DNA from: Alkalispirochaeta sp. | Lineage (GTDB): Bacteria; Spirochaetota; Spirochaetia; DSM-27196; Alkalispirochaetaceae | Length of the DNA: 64,000 nt | Direction of reading: 5' to 3' | Assembly (NCBI GenBank): GCA_965601925.1 | Contig: OZ271854.1 | Span: 4,832,001 to 4,896,000 of the forward strand | Shown here: positions 50,301 through 59,759 of the stretch, in pieces | Position numbering within the stretch: position 1 is the first letter of the stretch | Layout of the letters: each line of letters starts with the position of its first letter | Position numbers and translations under genes: made by a program | Notes under the pieces: model-generated | Told to the model about the DNA's origin: nothing | What the model saw: the letters and a program-made list of their open reading frames with translations, nothing else | The model's database searches: none

Positions 50301-51073
50301 ACCACGCCCAACACGACGCGATCCGCGACCTCATCGAAGGTCGCGATGTAAAGACGACAACGGCCGAGACGACCGACGAGGCGTTCGCGATACTCAAGAG
50401 CGAGTCGATCGACTGCGCAATCCTGGACCTCGACCTCAAAGAAGGCCTCGACCTACTAAAGCGCGTGCGCGAGGACGAGAGCGTCGATACGCCGGTAATC
50501 GTCTACACCGGCGACGAGCTCACTCGAGACGACGAGGCGCGGCTCAGCCGCTACGCCGAGAGTATCATCGTCAAAGGCGCTCGCTCCCAGGATCGGCTCC
50601 TGGACGAGACGATGTTGTTCCTCCATCGCGTGGAGCGCCGACCGCCGTCGGAACGGCTACAGCGACAGGAACAAGTCCCGCACGAGGAAGAGCCGGTTCT
50701 ACGCGACAAGACGATTCTGATCGTAGACGACGACATGCGTAACGTATTCGCCCTTACGAGCGTCTTGGAGGACAAGGGTGTGCACGTCGTCGCCGCGCGC
50801 AACGGAAGAGAGGCGGTAGAGAAGATTCAATCTATGGAGCGAGTCGACGGCGTTTTGATGGATATCATGATGCCCGAGATGGACGGGTACGAGGCGACGC
50901 AGAGAATTCGCGAACATGAGCGATTCCGCAAACTCCCGATTATCGCCCTCACCGCCAAGGCGATGCGCGGCGACAGGCAGAAGTGCATCGACGCGGGCGC
51001 GACCGACTACCTCTCCAAACCGGTGGACGTAGCCAAGCTCCTCAGCCTCTTGCGCGTGTGGCTCTATCGATAG
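47399..51073 (+). CDS. Hybrid sensor histidine kinase (TM-sensor-TM, HAMP, GAF, HisKA, HATPase, 3 REC)
   Basis: FLANMSHELRTPLNSI, NLLSNAFKFT, DTGIGI and GGTGLGL motifs, and three receiver domains. Confidence 0.96.
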   Translation: MNGIRVSIARRLAVAFAVIILVTIAIGLVGVYDSRYLADITDRLYAHPLTVSQALLRIRSVVDDTEQRLEYLISADDTTYIEDAIADLQRENQLALVSFYTLRERFLGDVTLIIEFQRDFVILSHIVDHIIEDKLAGREAAARETFDAAARAQILEVKAHIPYLVDFAADRAAEFHTDAIRTYHVTRNQFIALLSFAVLVCVVIALTITRTIRLPLRALVSSTYDISQGTLDNTIETQRTDEFGVLSAAMQELQVNLREKARIAERVAEEDFSATIVPKNDRDILAHSINRIVNNFTTLREERDRENWIRDGRNELAELSRRSETIDELADGAISFLCRYIDGHMGLLYVFDEEQNDLELVGKYAVPGDTTLPQRVEVGGGLVGQSVVEGHALVLSDVPESFYPIQSALGTAAAQHALAVPLYHNGELKAVVEVASLHRLSDNTTAFLDSITESLAALIHILQSKEKVEFLLSEAQSYNERLEAQQEELHLINQDLAQQTKALRESESNLQRGQEELRVANEELEVRTQELREQRDLISEKNIDLERAWREVDEKARALETTNQYKSEFLANMSHELRTPLNSIIVLAQLMAESADLHPKEREYADTIHSAGDDLLTLINDILDLSKIEAGKMEMRVDEVGIVDVCLAMEQMFDHVAEKKDVAFRIDRRDDLPEAILTDPLRLKQILQNLLSNAFKFTEAGEVTLTVRNVMRSGTREIRAVEFVVDDTGIGIPADKQELVFEAFQQGDGTTNRRYGGTGLGLSISRQLAAALGGRISFSSLEGEGSSFSLTIPVAHEVPPGEAEPRPPAHDRAPTPKVGERSSEDARDDRHTLGPDDTSLLIIASDTVFAQLVAQEARTRGFKTLHAPDGETGLHFADYYRPSAVILDVDLPGIDGWEVTERLQKNRFTEHIPIHIIAEKTETPATIPSGAIGHIPKPVTVESLQRSFQRIEKVLDTSVKYVLILEADHAQHDAIRDLIEGRDVKTTTAETTDEAFAILKSESIDCAILDLDLKEGLDLLKRVREDESVDTPVIVYTGDELTRDDEARLSRYAESIIVKGARSQDRLLDETMLFLHRVERRPPSERLQRQEQVPHEEEPVLRDKTILIVDDDMRNVFALTSVLEDKGVHVVAARNGREAVEKIQSMERVDGVLMDIMMPEMDGYEATQRIREHERFRKLPIIALTAKAMRGDRQKCIDAGATDYLSKPVDVAKLLSLLRVWLYR

Positions 51074-51077
51074 TTCG

Positions 51078-51890
51078 ATGAGGGACCTGGAAGTCGATTT
51101 CATACTGCAAGCGATATACGAGAAGTTCGGCTACGACTTTCGAGGTTACACCCGTGGGCACGTTCTACGGCAGATCGACCGGATCGCCGTGAGCGAGGGT
51201 CTGGACAACAAGATCCAGATGCTGGAACGGATACTGTACGAACCCGGTTTCATCGATCGCGTGCTGCGCGCCTTCTCAATCAATGTTACGGCGATGTTTC
51301 GCGATCCCGCGGTCTATAAGGCGATCGTCGAGCATGTAGTACCGCACCTCGCAACCTATCCGTTCGTGAAGGTGTGGAACGCCGGTTGCTCGACCGGCGA
51401 GGAGGCCTACTCTTTGGCAATTCTCCTCGAGGAGGCGGGAATACTGCGCAAGACGCAAGTGTACGCCACCGATTTCAATGACGAAGTTTTGCAAAGAGCC
51501 ACCGCCGGCATCTACAATATTGATGTGGTGCACGAATATTCGGCGAACTATGTAGCGGCCGGTGGAGAGCACTCATTGTCGGATTACTACTCGGCGCGCT
51601 ACGGGGCGGTCATGATAAACCGCCGAGTCAAAGAGCGGATCGTCTTTTCCATGCACAATCTCGCAACCGACACGTCGTTCGGAGCGATGCACTGCATCAT
51701 GTGTCGCAATGTGTTGATTTACTTCGCGCGGGAGTTACAACAACGGGTGGTTAAACTGTTCGTCGACAGTTTGAGCGACGGTGGATTTCTGTGCCTCGGC
51801 GTCAAAGAATCATTGGAGTTCTCGGGATATCAAGACCGCTTCACGACCGTCGATCCGGAGTTGAAGATATATAAAAAACGGGGGATGTAA
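51078..51890 (+). CDS. cheR: CheR-family protein-glutamate O-methyltransferase
   Basis: INVTAMFRD, WNAGCSTGEEAYS, CRNVLIYF and LGVKES motifs. Confidence 0.95.
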   Translation: MRDLEVDFILQAIYEKFGYDFRGYTRGHVLRQIDRIAVSEGLDNKIQMLERILYEPGFIDRVLRAFSINVTAMFRDPAVYKAIVEHVVPHLATYPFVKVWNAGCSTGEEAYSLAILLEEAGILRKTQVYATDFNDEVLQRATAGIYNIDVVHEYSANYVAAGGEHSLSDYYSARYGAVMINRRVKERIVFSMHNLATDTSFGAMHCIMCRNVLIYFARELQQRVVKLFVDSLSDGGFLCLGVKESLEFSGYQDRFTTVDPELKIYKKRGM

Positions 51891-51994
51891 TGGGTATCGA
51901 TCGCGACAGCGTAGCTCGGCGTTCATCCGGCCGCATCGACGGGTTCTACACCGTCCGAGAGAGAGTATACGGTCGCTTTGCGAGGCCGCAATAG
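51890..51994 (+). CDS. 34-aa ORF bridging cheR and the next gene
   Basis: MGIDRDSVARRSSGRIDGFYTVRERVYGRFARPQ*. TAATG overlap with the cheR stop and TAGTG overlap with the next start. Confidence 0.35.
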   Translation: MGIDRDSVARRSSGRIDGFYTVRERVYGRFARPQ

Positions 51995-53028
51995 TGGACG
52001 TGAAGCCCGTTGTACTCGTCGTCGACGATAAGCCGGGAAATCTCACAACGATGCGAGCGGTGCTCCACGACTGCGACGTGCAAGTCGTGACCGCACTCTC
52101 CGGACAAGAGGCCCTTGCGTACCTCATCGAGCATCGCCCCGCGCTCATCGTTCTCGACGTTCAGATGCCGGAGATGAACGGGTACGAGCTCGCCGGTCTC
52201 ATCCGATCACGAAATAAAACGACGCTCATTCCGATCGTATTCATCACCGCCATCTCTACCGAAGAACGCTACGTCTTCGAAGGATACGAGTCGGGGGCGG
52301 TCGACTATCTGAGTAAACCGGTGGATCCGTTCATCTTACGGAGTAAGGTCCTGGTGTTTGCGGAGCTATTCAAGAAGGAGCGCCGTATCGAGGAGGCGCT
52401 CCGGGAGCGAGAAGTGCTCATTCGTGAGGTCCACCACCGAGTCAAGAACAATCTCACGATGCTCGTCGGTATGATTAACCTTCAATTGGAAAACGAGGGG
52501 TTCGCCGGACCCGTCGACCAGTTACGCGCGATTAAGGATCGCATGCAATCGATCCTTACGGTTCACGACAAGCTGTACAATAGCGAGGATCTCACCGGCA
52601 TTGCGCTGAATCACTACTTGGAAGAGCTAACCGGGACGATCGTCGACTCGTACTGGGATAACAATCTCATAGAGTGGAGCCTTGATTGCACCCCGATAGC
52701 GCTGACCGTAGACCGAACGATCTACCTCGGAATTATCGTTACCGAGTTAATTACCAACTCCATCAAACACGCCGCTACCGATACGGATGCCGTGCGCATC
52801 TCGATACGGTGCGACCGTCGGGACGACGAGCTCCTCGTCCGATACGCCGACAGCGGTTCGAGCGTATCGGTGGAGGTTATAGAAAACTCCTCGGGCCTCG
52901 GTCTGAAGATTATCCGGGCGATGGTCAAGCAACTCGACGGCGGGCTCACCGCGTCGTCGAGTCCGGGGTGTACGTATGCGATTACCATTCCGATTTTAGA
53001 AACGGAACGAGACGATATCACTGAGTAG
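51994..53028 (+). CDS. Receiver domain plus HisKA_2-type histidine kinase
   Basis: REC domain (VVDD, LDVQMP, KP), then EVHHRVKNNL, ELITNSIKHA and GLGL. Confidence 0.93.
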   Translation: MDVKPVVLVVDDKPGNLTTMRAVLHDCDVQVVTALSGQEALAYLIEHRPALIVLDVQMPEMNGYELAGLIRSRNKTTLIPIVFITAISTEERYVFEGYESGAVDYLSKPVDPFILRSKVLVFAELFKKERRIEEALREREVLIREVHHRVKNNLTMLVGMINLQLENEGFAGPVDQLRAIKDRMQSILTVHDKLYNSEDLTGIALNHYLEELTGTIVDSYWDNNLIEWSLDCTPIALTVDRTIYLGIIVTELITNSIKHAATDTDAVRISIRCDRRDDELLVRYADSGSSVSVEVIENSSGLGLKIIRAMVKQLDGGLTASSSPGCTYAITIPILETERDDITE

Positions 53029-53300
53029 AGAGCGCTCTGCGCGTACCTTTGCCGACCGCAGAGACCGCCGCGTAGTGAGTGGATCGGCAAGAGGTATCGA
53101 GCAATCGCGACAAACGGGCTATGACGTACGACGCGATCGTGGACCGGATCGTACGCTCCGTACGCCGATGGGTCATTCACACGGCGGCGATGATAACTAT
53201 TCCACCAACGAGCTTGTTGATACTATTCACGAATCGACGGCTGCCGAGAGTTCACGGCGGTAAAGGCCGCGGGTACGATCCGAGTCCGGGAGGAACACGC

Positions 53301-54086
53301 GTGACCCAGAGACAAGAGGAGATCTTCTTTCACATTCATTCCGGCTTGGAACGCGAGGGGCCGGGGAGCGAGGAATCCACGCTACGAGCACTCCGGGCGC
53401 TCTCGTTGCGGAACCCCGTGGAGCAGATCCTCGACGTAGGATGCGGGCCGGGCGCGCAATCCCTCCAACTGGCCTCGCTCACGGAGGCCGATATCCATGC
53501 CGTCGATACGTACCGGCCGTATCTCGATCGCCTCGCGGCGGCGGCGCGCGACCGCGGTCTGGCCCACCGCATTCGCACGGTCGACGCCGACATGGGAGAT
53601 CTCCCATTTTCCGCCGAGTCATTCGATCTCATATGGTCCGAGGGCGCGATTTACCACGTCGGCTTGGCGAAGGGCCTTACGCTCTGGCGCCCGCTGTTGA
53701 AACGAGACGGGTGCATCGCGGTGAGCGAGATATCGTGGCTCCGCAACGATGCGCCGGAGGAGGTTGCGCGATACTGGAAGGCCGCCTATCCGGGGATGAC
53801 GGGACGGGTCGAGAACGAGACCGTCTTTCGCGACGCGGGATACGATCTCACGGAGAGCTTCGTACTCCCGGAGCGCGACTGGTGGGACGGGTACTACAAT
53901 CCGCTTTTGGGTAGGCTGGACGCCGTGGAACGGGAGTTTCACGACGATGCCGAGGCGTTGGAGGTCGTGGCATTGGAGCGTGAGGAGATTGGAATGTACC
54001 GCACGTACTCGGACTACTACGGATACGTATTCTACATCGGAAAAATCCGTGATGCGCGGCGCATCGGCACCGGGATACATACGTAA
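53301..54086 (+). CDS. Class I SAM-dependent methyltransferase
   Basis: REGPGS, ILDVGCGPG and FDLIWSEGAIY motifs. GGAGG RBS before GTG 53301. Confidence 0.92.
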   Translation: MTQRQEEIFFHIHSGLEREGPGSEESTLRALRALSLRNPVEQILDVGCGPGAQSLQLASLTEADIHAVDTYRPYLDRLAAAARDRGLAHRIRTVDADMGDLPFSAESFDLIWSEGAIYHVGLAKGLTLWRPLLKRDGCIAVSEISWLRNDAPEEVARYWKAAYPGMTGRVENETVFRDAGYDLTESFVLPERDWWDGYYNPLLGRLDAVEREFHDDAEALEVVALEREEIGMYRTYSDYYGYVFYIGKIRDARRIGTGIHT

Positions 54087-54433
54087 CTTCTGCATAATCG
54101 CCCCATCGATCCGCTTCGTCGGCTGTACAACCCGTCGCGTACTTCTTGGCGCTACCGCGCGTCGAGGAGGTCGGAGCGACGACGCGGTAGTGTACCGAGG
54201 CGTCGTCGCGTCGGGTGAGATCATTTCCGTCGACGACGACGTCTCGATGCGCGGGATCGCGGTAGCGGTTTGCCGACTCGTAGGAACCGGCCTCGAGGTC
54301 AGAGAGCCCTCACTTCGGTGTACCGGTTCCCGGTCGCGATTCCAACCGAACGAAGAGCGCGAGCGTGAGCTCGTCGAGGCGCGCGTTGCGGCCGCGTACC
54401 CTCTCGTCCGCGACCGACCGGGGCGGGGACGTC

Positions 54434-55264
54434 CTACGCGTCGCTTTTCGCGGTTTGTCGGGCCGGTCGAACGGTGATACTAAACGCAGCCGGTACCCGA
54501 CTCGACTCGTCCCGATCGCAATTGGGCTGAACGAAAAGTGTCCATCGATCGATGTCGAGGCAGCAGAGGTTACCGTACTCGGCGATCTTGTACGTCTCTT
54601 TATGCGAGGCTCCTACTGCGCCGTTATCCAACGGCAGAGTCGGCCTCCCGTTGACGCAGTGTTCGATAATGGACGAGAGGGGGGTGCGGATATGGCCGTA
54701 GACTACCGGTCGTCCACCGGCCGCCTCGGCGTCGTAGCGCATCTCCCGTAAGGTGAGCATTGAGCGCGTATCGGAAAAGGGTTGTTTCTTGGAAAAGTCG
54801 AATCCCGCGTGGACCAGAAGCACGTCGGAAAGTGCGAGATAATATACACTCTTCGAAAGAAGCGCGTCCCAACGAGGATCGAGGCGCGAGCCGTCTTCCG
54901 GATCGAGGAGCGCGGTATTGCTGCTGCGCTCCAATAGGGCGCGTAGTTTCGACGGGCCGCGGTCACGCGCCTTAAGGAGCGCCTCCTCGTGATTTCCTCT
55001 GATTATCGTAACGCGTATACCCCGGCACTCGAGATCGCAAATGTACTCGAGGACGCCGAGGCTGTCGGGTCCCTTATTGATGAGATCTCCCAATAGAAAG
55101 ATCTCGTCCCCGTCGGCGGCCCCGATTCCGTCTTCGACCAACACGCGGAAGGTGCGCGCGCATCCGTGAATGTCTCCGACGACGAACCGACGGGAGGACG
55201 CGACGGCGTGCTCCGGCACGACGACGGTGCGCCGCTTGAACCACCCCCACCAGGACCGTGCCAC
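54434..55264 (-). CDS. Metallophosphoesterase (PPP-family Ser/Thr phosphatase-like)
   Basis: GDIHG, GDLINKGPDS, RGNHE, VHAG and YGH motifs. Start codon approximate. Confidence 0.9.
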   Translation of the reverse strand: MARSWWGWFKRRTVVVPEHAVASSRRFVVGDIHGCARTFRVLVEDGIGAADGDEIFLLGDLINKGPDSLGVLEYICDLECRGIRVTIIRGNHEEALLKARDRGPSKLRALLERSSNTALLDPEDGSRLDPRWDALLSKSVYYLALSDVLLVHAGFDFSKKQPFSDTRSMLTLREMRYDAEAAGGRPVVYGHIRTPLSSIIEHCVNGRPTLPLDNGAVGASHKETYKIAEYGNLCCLDIDRWTLFVQPNCDRDESSRVPAAFSITVRPARQTAKSDA

Positions 55265-55271
55265 CGCTATC

Positions 55272-55724
55272 TCAGCTTGAGGCGCGCCCGGCGGCCTTCT
55301 CAACCATCAGCTTGTAGATGTTCCCGAATGCGTTGGCGCGATTGGGGGTGAGAGTCGATTTGAGATCGAGGTCGCGAGCAAATTGGTCGATCGCACTCCG
55401 CGTTCCGGAGACCACATCGTCGGGCGAGAGGCCGTTGAGCGCCTCGACCATGTAGGCTAACAGTCCGCGGACGATGTGAGCCTCCGAGACACCGCGATAA
55501 TGCATCGCTCCGTCGCGAAGGCCGTCGGCGATGTAGACGTTACTGATGCAGCCGTATACGAAGTTCTCGTCGGTGCGCTCCTCGTCGCGCAGCCCCTCGA
55601 GTTCTTTCCCCTTCTCGGTGATCATGCGATACATCTCCAAGTTGTCCATCTCGCGGAGCGTCACGAGCTCCTCGGTGACCTCGGATAGGTACGAGCGCAT
55701 GTCGTCAAGTGTTTTTACCCCCAT
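55272..55724 (-). CDS. sufE: SufE-family sulfur acceptor protein
   Basis: ENFVYGCISNVYI (conserved Cys), SEAHIVRGL and LTPNRAN motifs. Confidence 0.85.
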   Translation of the reverse strand: MGVKTLDDMRSYLSEVTEELVTLREMDNLEMYRMITEKGKELEGLRDEERTDENFVYGCISNVYIADGLRDGAMHYRGVSEAHIVRGLLAYMVEALNGLSPDDVVSGTRSAIDQFARDLDLKSTLTPNRANAFGNIYKLMVEKAAGRASS

Positions 55725-55736
55725 ATGCCACCCTCT

Positions 55737-57389
55737 CTATGTCGCGGTCCAGGTCGTGGTGCCGTCTTTGTGGTCCTCCATCCGAATACCCGCTTCGGCA
55801 AGTTGGTCACGAATACGGTCGGCGGTGGTAAAATCTTTGGCCGAGCGCGCCGCACCGCGCATATCGATGAGTAGGCGCACCGCGGCATCAAGCCGTTCGG
55901 ACTCAGCCGATCGTCCGCCACCGTCGAGCGCCTCGCTCTCGGGCCTGAGGCCCAACACGTGACGGGAGAACGCGCGTATGAAACGGGCCGCCCCCAGCCG
56001 GATCGCATCGGACGAGCCGGCATGCTCCGGCCGTTGGATCAATCGCGAAAGCTCGAAGAGCGCGGCGATCACCGTCGGGGTGTGAAAGTCGTCCGATATC
56101 GCGCGCCAACACGTCTCGATCTCCCGAATTACCGCCGCCTCATGGTCGGAGGTACCGGAGAGTTCGCCGGGTCGCGGGACGGTCTTCCCCGCTTCGGCGA
56201 TGTCGTCCTCGCGGGGGCCGACGGGAAAGCGCGGGGCGGTTCCCGGCTGCACCTCGTCGGCGATCTCATCGGCGAGCAGCGCTTCGGCGTGTTGTAGTCC
56301 CGCCATGAGGCGCTGGTACCCCTTTTCCGCCGCCTGCAGCGCCTCGTTGGAAAAGTCCACGACGCTCCGATAGTGGGCCTGGAGCATGAAAAAACGTACC
56401 ACCATCGGATGGTAGGCCGCCTCAAGGCGCTCGTGGTTACCGGTAAACATCTCCTCGAGGGTGATGAAGTTACCGATACTCTTGGCCATCTTTCGACCGT
56501 CTACGGTCAACATGTTGTTGTGCACCCAATAGCGCGCCGGATCGCTCCCGAAGGCACCGTGACTCTGGGCAATCTCGGCCTCGTGGTGCGGAAACTGTAA
56601 ATCGAGTCCGCCGCCGTGGATGTCGAACTGTTCGCCGAGGTAGCGCGTACTCATCGTGGTACACTCCACGTGCCACCCGGGAAACCCCTCGCCCCACGGA
56701 CTGTTCCACCGCATGATGTGGTTCGACTCCGCGCGTTTCCAGAGGGCAAAATCGAGTGAGCTACGCTTCTCGTCCGCGCCGACGGTGTTACGCGTGTTGG
56801 AGAGGAGGTCGTCGAGCACACGCCCGGAGAGCCGTCCGTAGGGACTGCCCTCCTCGCCGCCCGACGCGACGCCGTCGCGCGCGTACTTCTCCAAGTCGAA
56901 ATAGACCGAGCCGTCTACCTCATAGGCGAGTCCGGCATCGAGGATCTTCTGTACGATTTCGATCTGCTCGATGATATGACCGCTCGCCCTCGGCTCGATG
57001 GACGGCGGAAGGCACCCGAGGCGACGCAACCCGTCGTGATAGCTGAGCGTATAGCGCTGGACGATCTCCATCGGCTCGACGCGCTCCAGACGCGCTCGCT
57101 TGGCGATACGATCCTCGCCCGTGCCGGCCTCCTCGTCCTCGAGATGACCGACATCCGTAATGTTGCGGACGTAGCGCACGTGTAGTCCGAGAAAGCGCAT
57201 ATAACGAAATATGGTATCAAATGCGACTGCGGGGCGGGCGTGGCCGAGATGCGGATCGGAATAGACCGTAGGCCCGCACACGTACATACCGACAAACGGT
57301 GGGTTGAGAGCGACAAACGGCTCCTTTGAGCGACTCAAAGAGTTGTACAATGTGATAGGTATCGATTCGTAAAGCCCAACGTCATCCAT
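55737..57389 (-). CDS. cysS: Cysteine--tRNA ligase
   Basis: YVCGPTVY..PHLGH, DFALWK, GFPGWHVEC, HGGG.DL.FPHHEAE and KMAKS motifs. Confidence 0.97.
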   Translation of the reverse strand: MDDVGLYESIPITLYNSLSRSKEPFVALNPPFVGMYVCGPTVYSDPHLGHARPAVAFDTIFRYMRFLGLHVRYVRNITDVGHLEDEEAGTGEDRIAKRARLERVEPMEIVQRYTLSYHDGLRRLGCLPPSIEPRASGHIIEQIEIVQKILDAGLAYEVDGSVYFDLEKYARDGVASGGEEGSPYGRLSGRVLDDLLSNTRNTVGADEKRSSLDFALWKRAESNHIMRWNSPWGEGFPGWHVECTTMSTRYLGEQFDIHGGGLDLQFPHHEAEIAQSHGAFGSDPARYWVHNNMLTVDGRKMAKSIGNFITLEEMFTGNHERLEAAYHPMVVRFFMLQAHYRSVVDFSNEALQAAEKGYQRLMAGLQHAEALLADEIADEVQPGTAPRFPVGPREDDIAEAGKTVPRPGELSGTSDHEAAVIREIETCWRAISDDFHTPTVIAALFELSRLIQRPEHAGSSDAIRLGAARFIRAFSRHVLGLRPESEALDGGGRSAESERLDAAVRLLIDMRGAARSAKDFTTADRIRDQLAEAGIRMEDHKDGTTTWTAT

Positions 57390-57461
57390 AGTTGACAAGA
57401 CGTTACCCGGCAGACGCACTTTTAACAAGGGCGTCGGCGGCGGGTACGTCGATATCGCGGA

Positions 57462-58340
57462 TTAGACTACTCGTGCGGCTACCAACGCACCGAAGAGGAT
57501 GGCGCAGTACGCAAGACACAAGCGCGCGGTTCCGGCCAGGGTGCGATTGAGCGCCGTTCCGCGAACGCCGCCGCCCACATCGCGCATAAGTCCGACTGCC
57601 GACGGAGCGGGGATGAGCAGGGCGAGCCGCCACCATCCCAGTTCATCCACCGCCGCAGCGGAGACGAAGGCGACGAGAAGGAGCGCACCGTATTCCACCC
57701 GGCTCCCCCACTCTCCCCACCGAACCGCCAGAGTGCGTTTGCCGGTCCGCTCGTCTTCCGCGCGGTCGCGATGGTTGTTTACGACGAGGATCGCGGCGGC
57801 GAGCGCACCCGGGCCGACCGCAAGCAACGCGATCGTTCGGTCCACGGTGAGCGCTTGCACGTAGTAGGAGCCCATCACTGCTACGGGTCCGAAAAAGAGA
57901 AAGACGAACAGCTCACCCAGTCCGTGAGCGGCCAACGGAAAGGGCCCGCCGGAATAGGCAACGGCCGAGATCACCGCCGCAACACCCGCGATCAGTATCG
58001 GCGTGCCGGCGCGGAGTACGAGGAGGACGATCAGGACGGCGGCGGCGGCAAGAACGACGACCGTCGCCGTGAGCAGCTGCCGCGGCGGGATGAGGCCGGA
58101 TGAGGCGGCTCTACGGGGACCGAGACGCGCATCGGTGTCGTGGCCCCCCACGAAATCGAAGTAGTCGTTGGCGAGGTTGACGCCGATCTGCAACAGTATC
58201 GAGACGCAAAGGGCGATCACCACGGGACCGAGAACGAAGGTATCGCGCAGAATCGCGTAGCCAATTGCCACGAGAATCGGCGCCACCGACGCGGGAAGGG
58301 TCTTCGGCCGCGTCGCCTCCACCCAATGGCGGGCCCTCAT
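57462..58340 (-). CDS. menA: 1,4-dihydroxy-2-naphthoate polyprenyltransferase
   Basis: RPKTLPAS, NLANDYFD, NNHRD..D..TGKRTLAVR and YSGGPFPL..GLGE motifs. Start at ATG 58340. Confidence 0.95.
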   Translation of the reverse strand: MRARHWVEATRPKTLPASVAPILVAIGYAILRDTFVLGPVVIALCVSILLQIGVNLANDYFDFVGGHDTDARLGPRRAASSGLIPPRQLLTATVVVLAAAAVLIVLLVLRAGTPILIAGVAAVISAVAYSGGPFPLAAHGLGELFVFLFFGPVAVMGSYYVQALTVDRTIALLAVGPGALAAAILVVNNHRDRAEDERTGKRTLAVRWGEWGSRVEYGALLLVAFVSAAAVDELGWWRLALLIPAPSAVGLMRDVGGGVRGTALNRTLAGTARLCLAYCAILFGALVAARVV

Positions 58341-59032
58341 TGCGGTTTGACTCCGGTATGGATGGCGATCGTCCCCAAAAGTGCCGTCTTGACACCCACG
58401 AGACGGAACCCGACGCGCTCCATGATGCCGGTGACCTCCTCGGGACTCTTGAACCGTCGCGTCGAGGCGGGCAGATACCGATACGCCTCGGGACGACGAG
58501 AGATCAATGCTCCCAGTAGGGGGATCGCGAATCGAAGATGCCATCGAATGAGGGGCGCCCAGATACCCGCCGGCGGCGTCGTTTCTACGCACACGACACG
58601 CCCGCCCGGTCGCAACACGCGAAACTGCTCGGCGAAACAGGCGCGTACATCCACGACGTTACGGATGAGGTAGCCCGAAGTGATCCGGTCGAAGCTGTCG
58701 TCCTCGAACGGGAGCGCCAAGGCGTCTCCCTGAACGAAGCGCACACGCCGCAACACGGGCCGCCGCGCCGCAACCGCGAGCATGCGCTCCGAAAAATCCA
58801 CCCCCGTCACGCTGAGGTGGGGATGGTATTTGAGCGCCGTCTCGATGATGTCGCCCGTGCCGGTCGCCACGTCCAAGAGCGTGCGGGCCGAGTCGAGACG
58901 CGCCAGACGAACGGCGCGACGTCTGATGCGAGCGTCCCCTCCGAAGGTAATCAGTCGATTCAGCGTGCGATAGGAGCTCGAGACGGCGTCGAACATCGAC
59001 CGAATGCGCTCCGGGCTCTTATCCACGGGCAA
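58337..59032 (-). CDS. menG: Demethylmenaquinone methyltransferase (UbiE/MenG)
   Basis: MFDAVSSSY..LN.LITFG.D, LDVATGTGD, GDALALPF, RNV and AYRYLPAS motifs. Confidence 0.92.
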   Translation of the reverse strand: MPVDKSPERIRSMFDAVSSSYRTLNRLITFGGDARIRRRAVRLARLDSARTLLDVATGTGDIIETALKYHPHLSVTGVDFSERMLAVAARRPVLRRVRFVQGDALALPFEDDSFDRITSGYLIRNVVDVRACFAEQFRVLRPGGRVVCVETTPPAGIWAPLIRWHLRFAIPLLGALISRRPEAYRYLPASTRRFKSPEEVTGIMERVGFRLVGVKTALLGTIAIHTGVKPQ

Positions 59033-59759
59033 CCCTCACCGAGCGCTCCACCGCGCTCACCGAATAGTGCAACGCCAATCCGAGCACCGACATGGCGACT
59101 ATCCCGGCGTACATTCTGGGATACCGTAAGGTCTGATAGCTTTCCACGACGATAAAGTAACCCAGCCCCCATCGGGCTAAGGACTGTTCGGCGATAAACA
59201 GCACCGCAAGGGATGTACCGATCGACACGCGCACCGCACTAATTAAGGCCGGCACACCGGCGGGGGCGTACACGAAGCGCAGAAGCGCCAATCGTCCGGC
59301 ACCGAGGGAGCGCACGGAACGCACCAGTTCCTCAGGAAGTGCGAGGCCGGCGTCGCGCACGAGGACGATGATGTGGAACAGGAGAATGGCGGCTACGATG
59401 GCGATTCTCGCCGCGTCGTTGATCCCCATGGCGACGAAGGCGACGGGCAGGAAGACGATCTTCGGCACGGGGTAGAGTGCGGCGACGACGGGTGAGAAGA
59501 GACGATGCAGACGCCGACTCTGCCCAAGCAGGAGGCCGACGGGAAACCCGATGAGCGATCCGGCGGCCAGAGAGGCGAGCACGCGCGCAAGCGTTGCAGC
59601 CGCATGAGCGACGATATCGAGGCCCACGGGGGAGACGAAGATCGGGAACACGCGCGAAGGGGGCGGCACGAAGTCCCACGCCGCAATACGCGCAACGACC
59701 TCCCACAACACGGTCACCACAGCGAGCCCGAGGGCAGCATCGCGAATCGTAGACTTCAA
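59019..59759 (-). CDS. ABC importer permease (SsuC/NitT-type)
   Basis: PPPSRV, LYPVPKIVFLP, EAA-like loop (VRSLGAG) and IAE...GLGY. The TTG start overlaps the ATPase stop. Confidence 0.9.
   Translation of the reverse strand: MKSTIRDAALGLAVVTVLWEVVARIAAWDFVPPPSRVFPIFVSPVGLDIVAHAAATLARVLASLAAGSLIGFPVGLLLGQSRRLHRLFSPVVAALYPVPKIVFLPVAFVAMGINDAARIAIVAAILLFHIIVLVRDAGLALPEELVRSVRSLGAGRLALLRFVYAPAGVPALISAVRVSIGTSLAVLFIAEQSLARWGLGYFIVVESYQTLRYPRMYAGIVAMSVLGLALHYSVSAVERSVRVARG

Noticed and set aside
53079..53300. N-terminal extension or leader peptide of the methyltransferase
   Set aside because: A clear GGAGG RBS precedes GTG 53301, and the upstream in-frame stretch has no recognisable features.
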